DNA from: Sphaerodactylus townsendi | Taxonomy: Eukaryota | Reading direction: 5' to 3' | Assembly: GCF_021028975.2 (NCBI RefSeq) | Contig: NC_059439.1 | Span: forward strand, 22,816,001 to 22,880,000 | DNA length: 64,000 nucleotides | Program-made: the position numbers and the translations under genes | The notes under the pieces: generated by a model | Database searches by the model: none | What the model saw: only the letters and a program-made list of their open reading frames with translations | What the model was told of the DNA's origin: nothing | Shown: piece after piece, positions 62,365-64,000 of the stretch | Position numbering within the stretch: the first letter of the stretch is position 1 | How the letters are laid out: each line of letters opens with the position of its first letter

Positions 62365-63461
62365 GGCTGTTTTTACAAGACACAATTACACTGGGGTTGA
62401 ACCAGGATCATATATACCTGGACTTTTTTATCCCAGGGTCTGTCTACACATGGCTCCCCGCTTCTGCACACAAGCAGAGTTAGGACCTGTAGGAAATGCT
62501 CCAATTTGCTCCGCATGAGCCAGACTTCTGTATTTACTTCAGAAGCATGTCTGAGCATGCCCAGTGTCCCACGTTCTGATTGGCTGTTATTTTTGAGTGG
62601 CAGCTGCAAGAACCTTTGGCTTGCCTGGCATCCTGCATTCTGATTGGCTGTTGTTTTTGATTTGCAGCTTGAATGAATATCAGATGAGGAGATCAGGTGC
62701 CTGTGTGGGAAAAATAAACTTGGTCTCTCCCAATTGGTGTTTTTGTGTATGTGCTGTGGAAATGTAAGAAATTGATCTGTGTTTCTGATGGTTTAAAATA
62801 AGATTTTGCTATCAGAGGGAAAGAATAGTGAACAGATCTGCTAATTGATTTAAAATAAAGCTTGTACTGAAGAAAATATACCAAATTATTGTTCTTATTG
62901 GCTGTTGCTTTTGAGTTGAAGCAGTGAACACCTGTGAGCTTGTCTGGCATCCTGCATTCTGATTGGCTGTTGTTTTGAGTGGTAGCTTGAATGCACATCA
63001 GGTGGTGAGATCAGGTGGCTGGGTGGGAAAAATAAATTGGTCCTGCTTCTGATTGGTTTTTGAATGGTAGCAGGCACAAGCTGGGTCACACTGGGATTTT
63101 TTTTAAAAAAAAAAACCCTCCAAATTGGGGTGCTCTGTGGTCTCCGGGCTGTATGGCTGTGTTATAGCAGCATTTGGAGGATCATAGATGCAAGCCACAG
63201 ATGTAGGCGAAAAGTCAGGAGAGAATGCTGCTAGAACATGGCCATAAAGCTTGGAAACCCCAGTGATTCCGGCCATGAAAGCCTTCGACAATAAACCTCC
63301 AAACTGGAGATTTTTGAAAATCCTGGACTAAGGTAAATATTGGGGGGGGGGGCAACACTGGGGCAGACTCTGTGCAGTTTTGGGAGTCATGCAAAATTCC
63401 TGGCTGCACAAGGATATTTTCTGTGCTCATCCTGAGATACTTTGACCGTGCAAAAATGGCC
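62365..63461. mobile_element. Harbinger-type element with repeated CCAAT units (paralogous copy)
   Basis: TTA-GGCTGTTTTTAC...GTGCAAAAATGGCC-TTA. Confidence 0.8.
63129..63292 (+). mobile_element. Penelope-like element terminal fragment
   Basis: Absent from the paralogous copy B. Ends in GATTCCGGCCATGAAAGCCTTCGACAA, has an inverted 5' segment, and is flanked by the duplication CCTCCAAA(T/C)TGG. Confidence 0.7.
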
Positions 63462-63748
63462 TTAGTTACAAGGCAAAAAGAAAGAAAGAAAATGTCTATA
63501 TTCTAATTTATTTTATACATATCTACACTGGATGATAAAACAATGCTAGAAAATGAAAATCACATCACAGCTACTGACAGGAAATGGAAAATTAACTCGG
63601 TGAACATAATGGCTTCACTTCGTGAAGTGCTCTAAAAGTCAGTTCATGCCAGTAACGTTTCACTCCAGCTCTGTCATTGAAACCTCATGTTCTTTACTTT
63701 AACAAATCATTTTTAATTCATCTTTTCCTCAGCAGATAAATCAAGGAG

Positions 63749-64000
63749 ATGGGAGGGAATATGCAAACAGGAGAAAATGGAACAAGAGTGGTGGAATTCA
63801 TCCTTCTTGGTTTTCCTGGGTCCCCATATTTGCATATATTCATCTTCACACTCTTTCTTATCATGTATCTCCTGACAATTTTGGGAAACATGTCCATCAT
63901 CATTCTAGTAACAACACAATGTCGTCTCCACTCTCCCATGTATTTCTTCCTCTGCAATCTCTCTTTCCTGGAGATATGGTACACCACTGCAATAATTCCA
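63749..64000 (+). CDS. olfactory receptor, OR6F1-like, 5' part (runs off the window)
   Basis: [53 protein letters not shown]; 84 open codons; recent paralogue of 58104. Confidence 0.92.
   Translation, partial: MGGNMQTGENGTRVVEFILLGFPGSPYLHIFIFTLFLIMYLLTILGNMSIIILVTTQCRLHSPMYFFLCNLSFLEIWYTTAIIP

Larger units (their letters stand above)
61050..64000 (+). repeat. tandem segmental duplication, copy C
   Basis: Collinear with 55600-58355. Confidence 0.92.

Overview
Vertebrate DNA, very likely a squamate reptile and probably a gecko (inferred from Squam3-like and 5S-derived SINEs, CR1/L2/Rex-Babar/Penelope repeats and a 6-exon V2R). The window is a chemoreceptor cluster. It holds six class II olfactory receptor (OR) loci: an OR13G1/13A1-like pseudogene broken by a 5-bp duplication, an intact OR13-like gene, one OR6-like gene on the minus strand, and three OR6F1-like paralogues from tandem duplication, the last cut by the window end. 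One complete 6-exon vomeronasal type-2 receptor (V2R, 870 aa, 26322-40278) sits among them. The rest is transposon-rich: a near full-length L2-clade LINE with tandem 199-bp 5' monomers, RTE-X-like, CR1 and Rex/Babar fragments, hAT MITEs and about 17 PIF/Harbinger-type MITEs. There are four assembly gaps. I cannot establish a new biological system. The best leads are: (1) CpG-rich Harbinger MITEs carrying consensus splice donors, in three cases on the arms of a central inverted repeat, one forming a candidate poison exon in the V2R; (2) a duplicated V2R exon-5 acceptor that would encode a soluble ectodomain; (3) orphan homeodomain + O/E motif clusters resembling OR enhancers; (4) the monomer-bearing, apparently ORF1-less L2.
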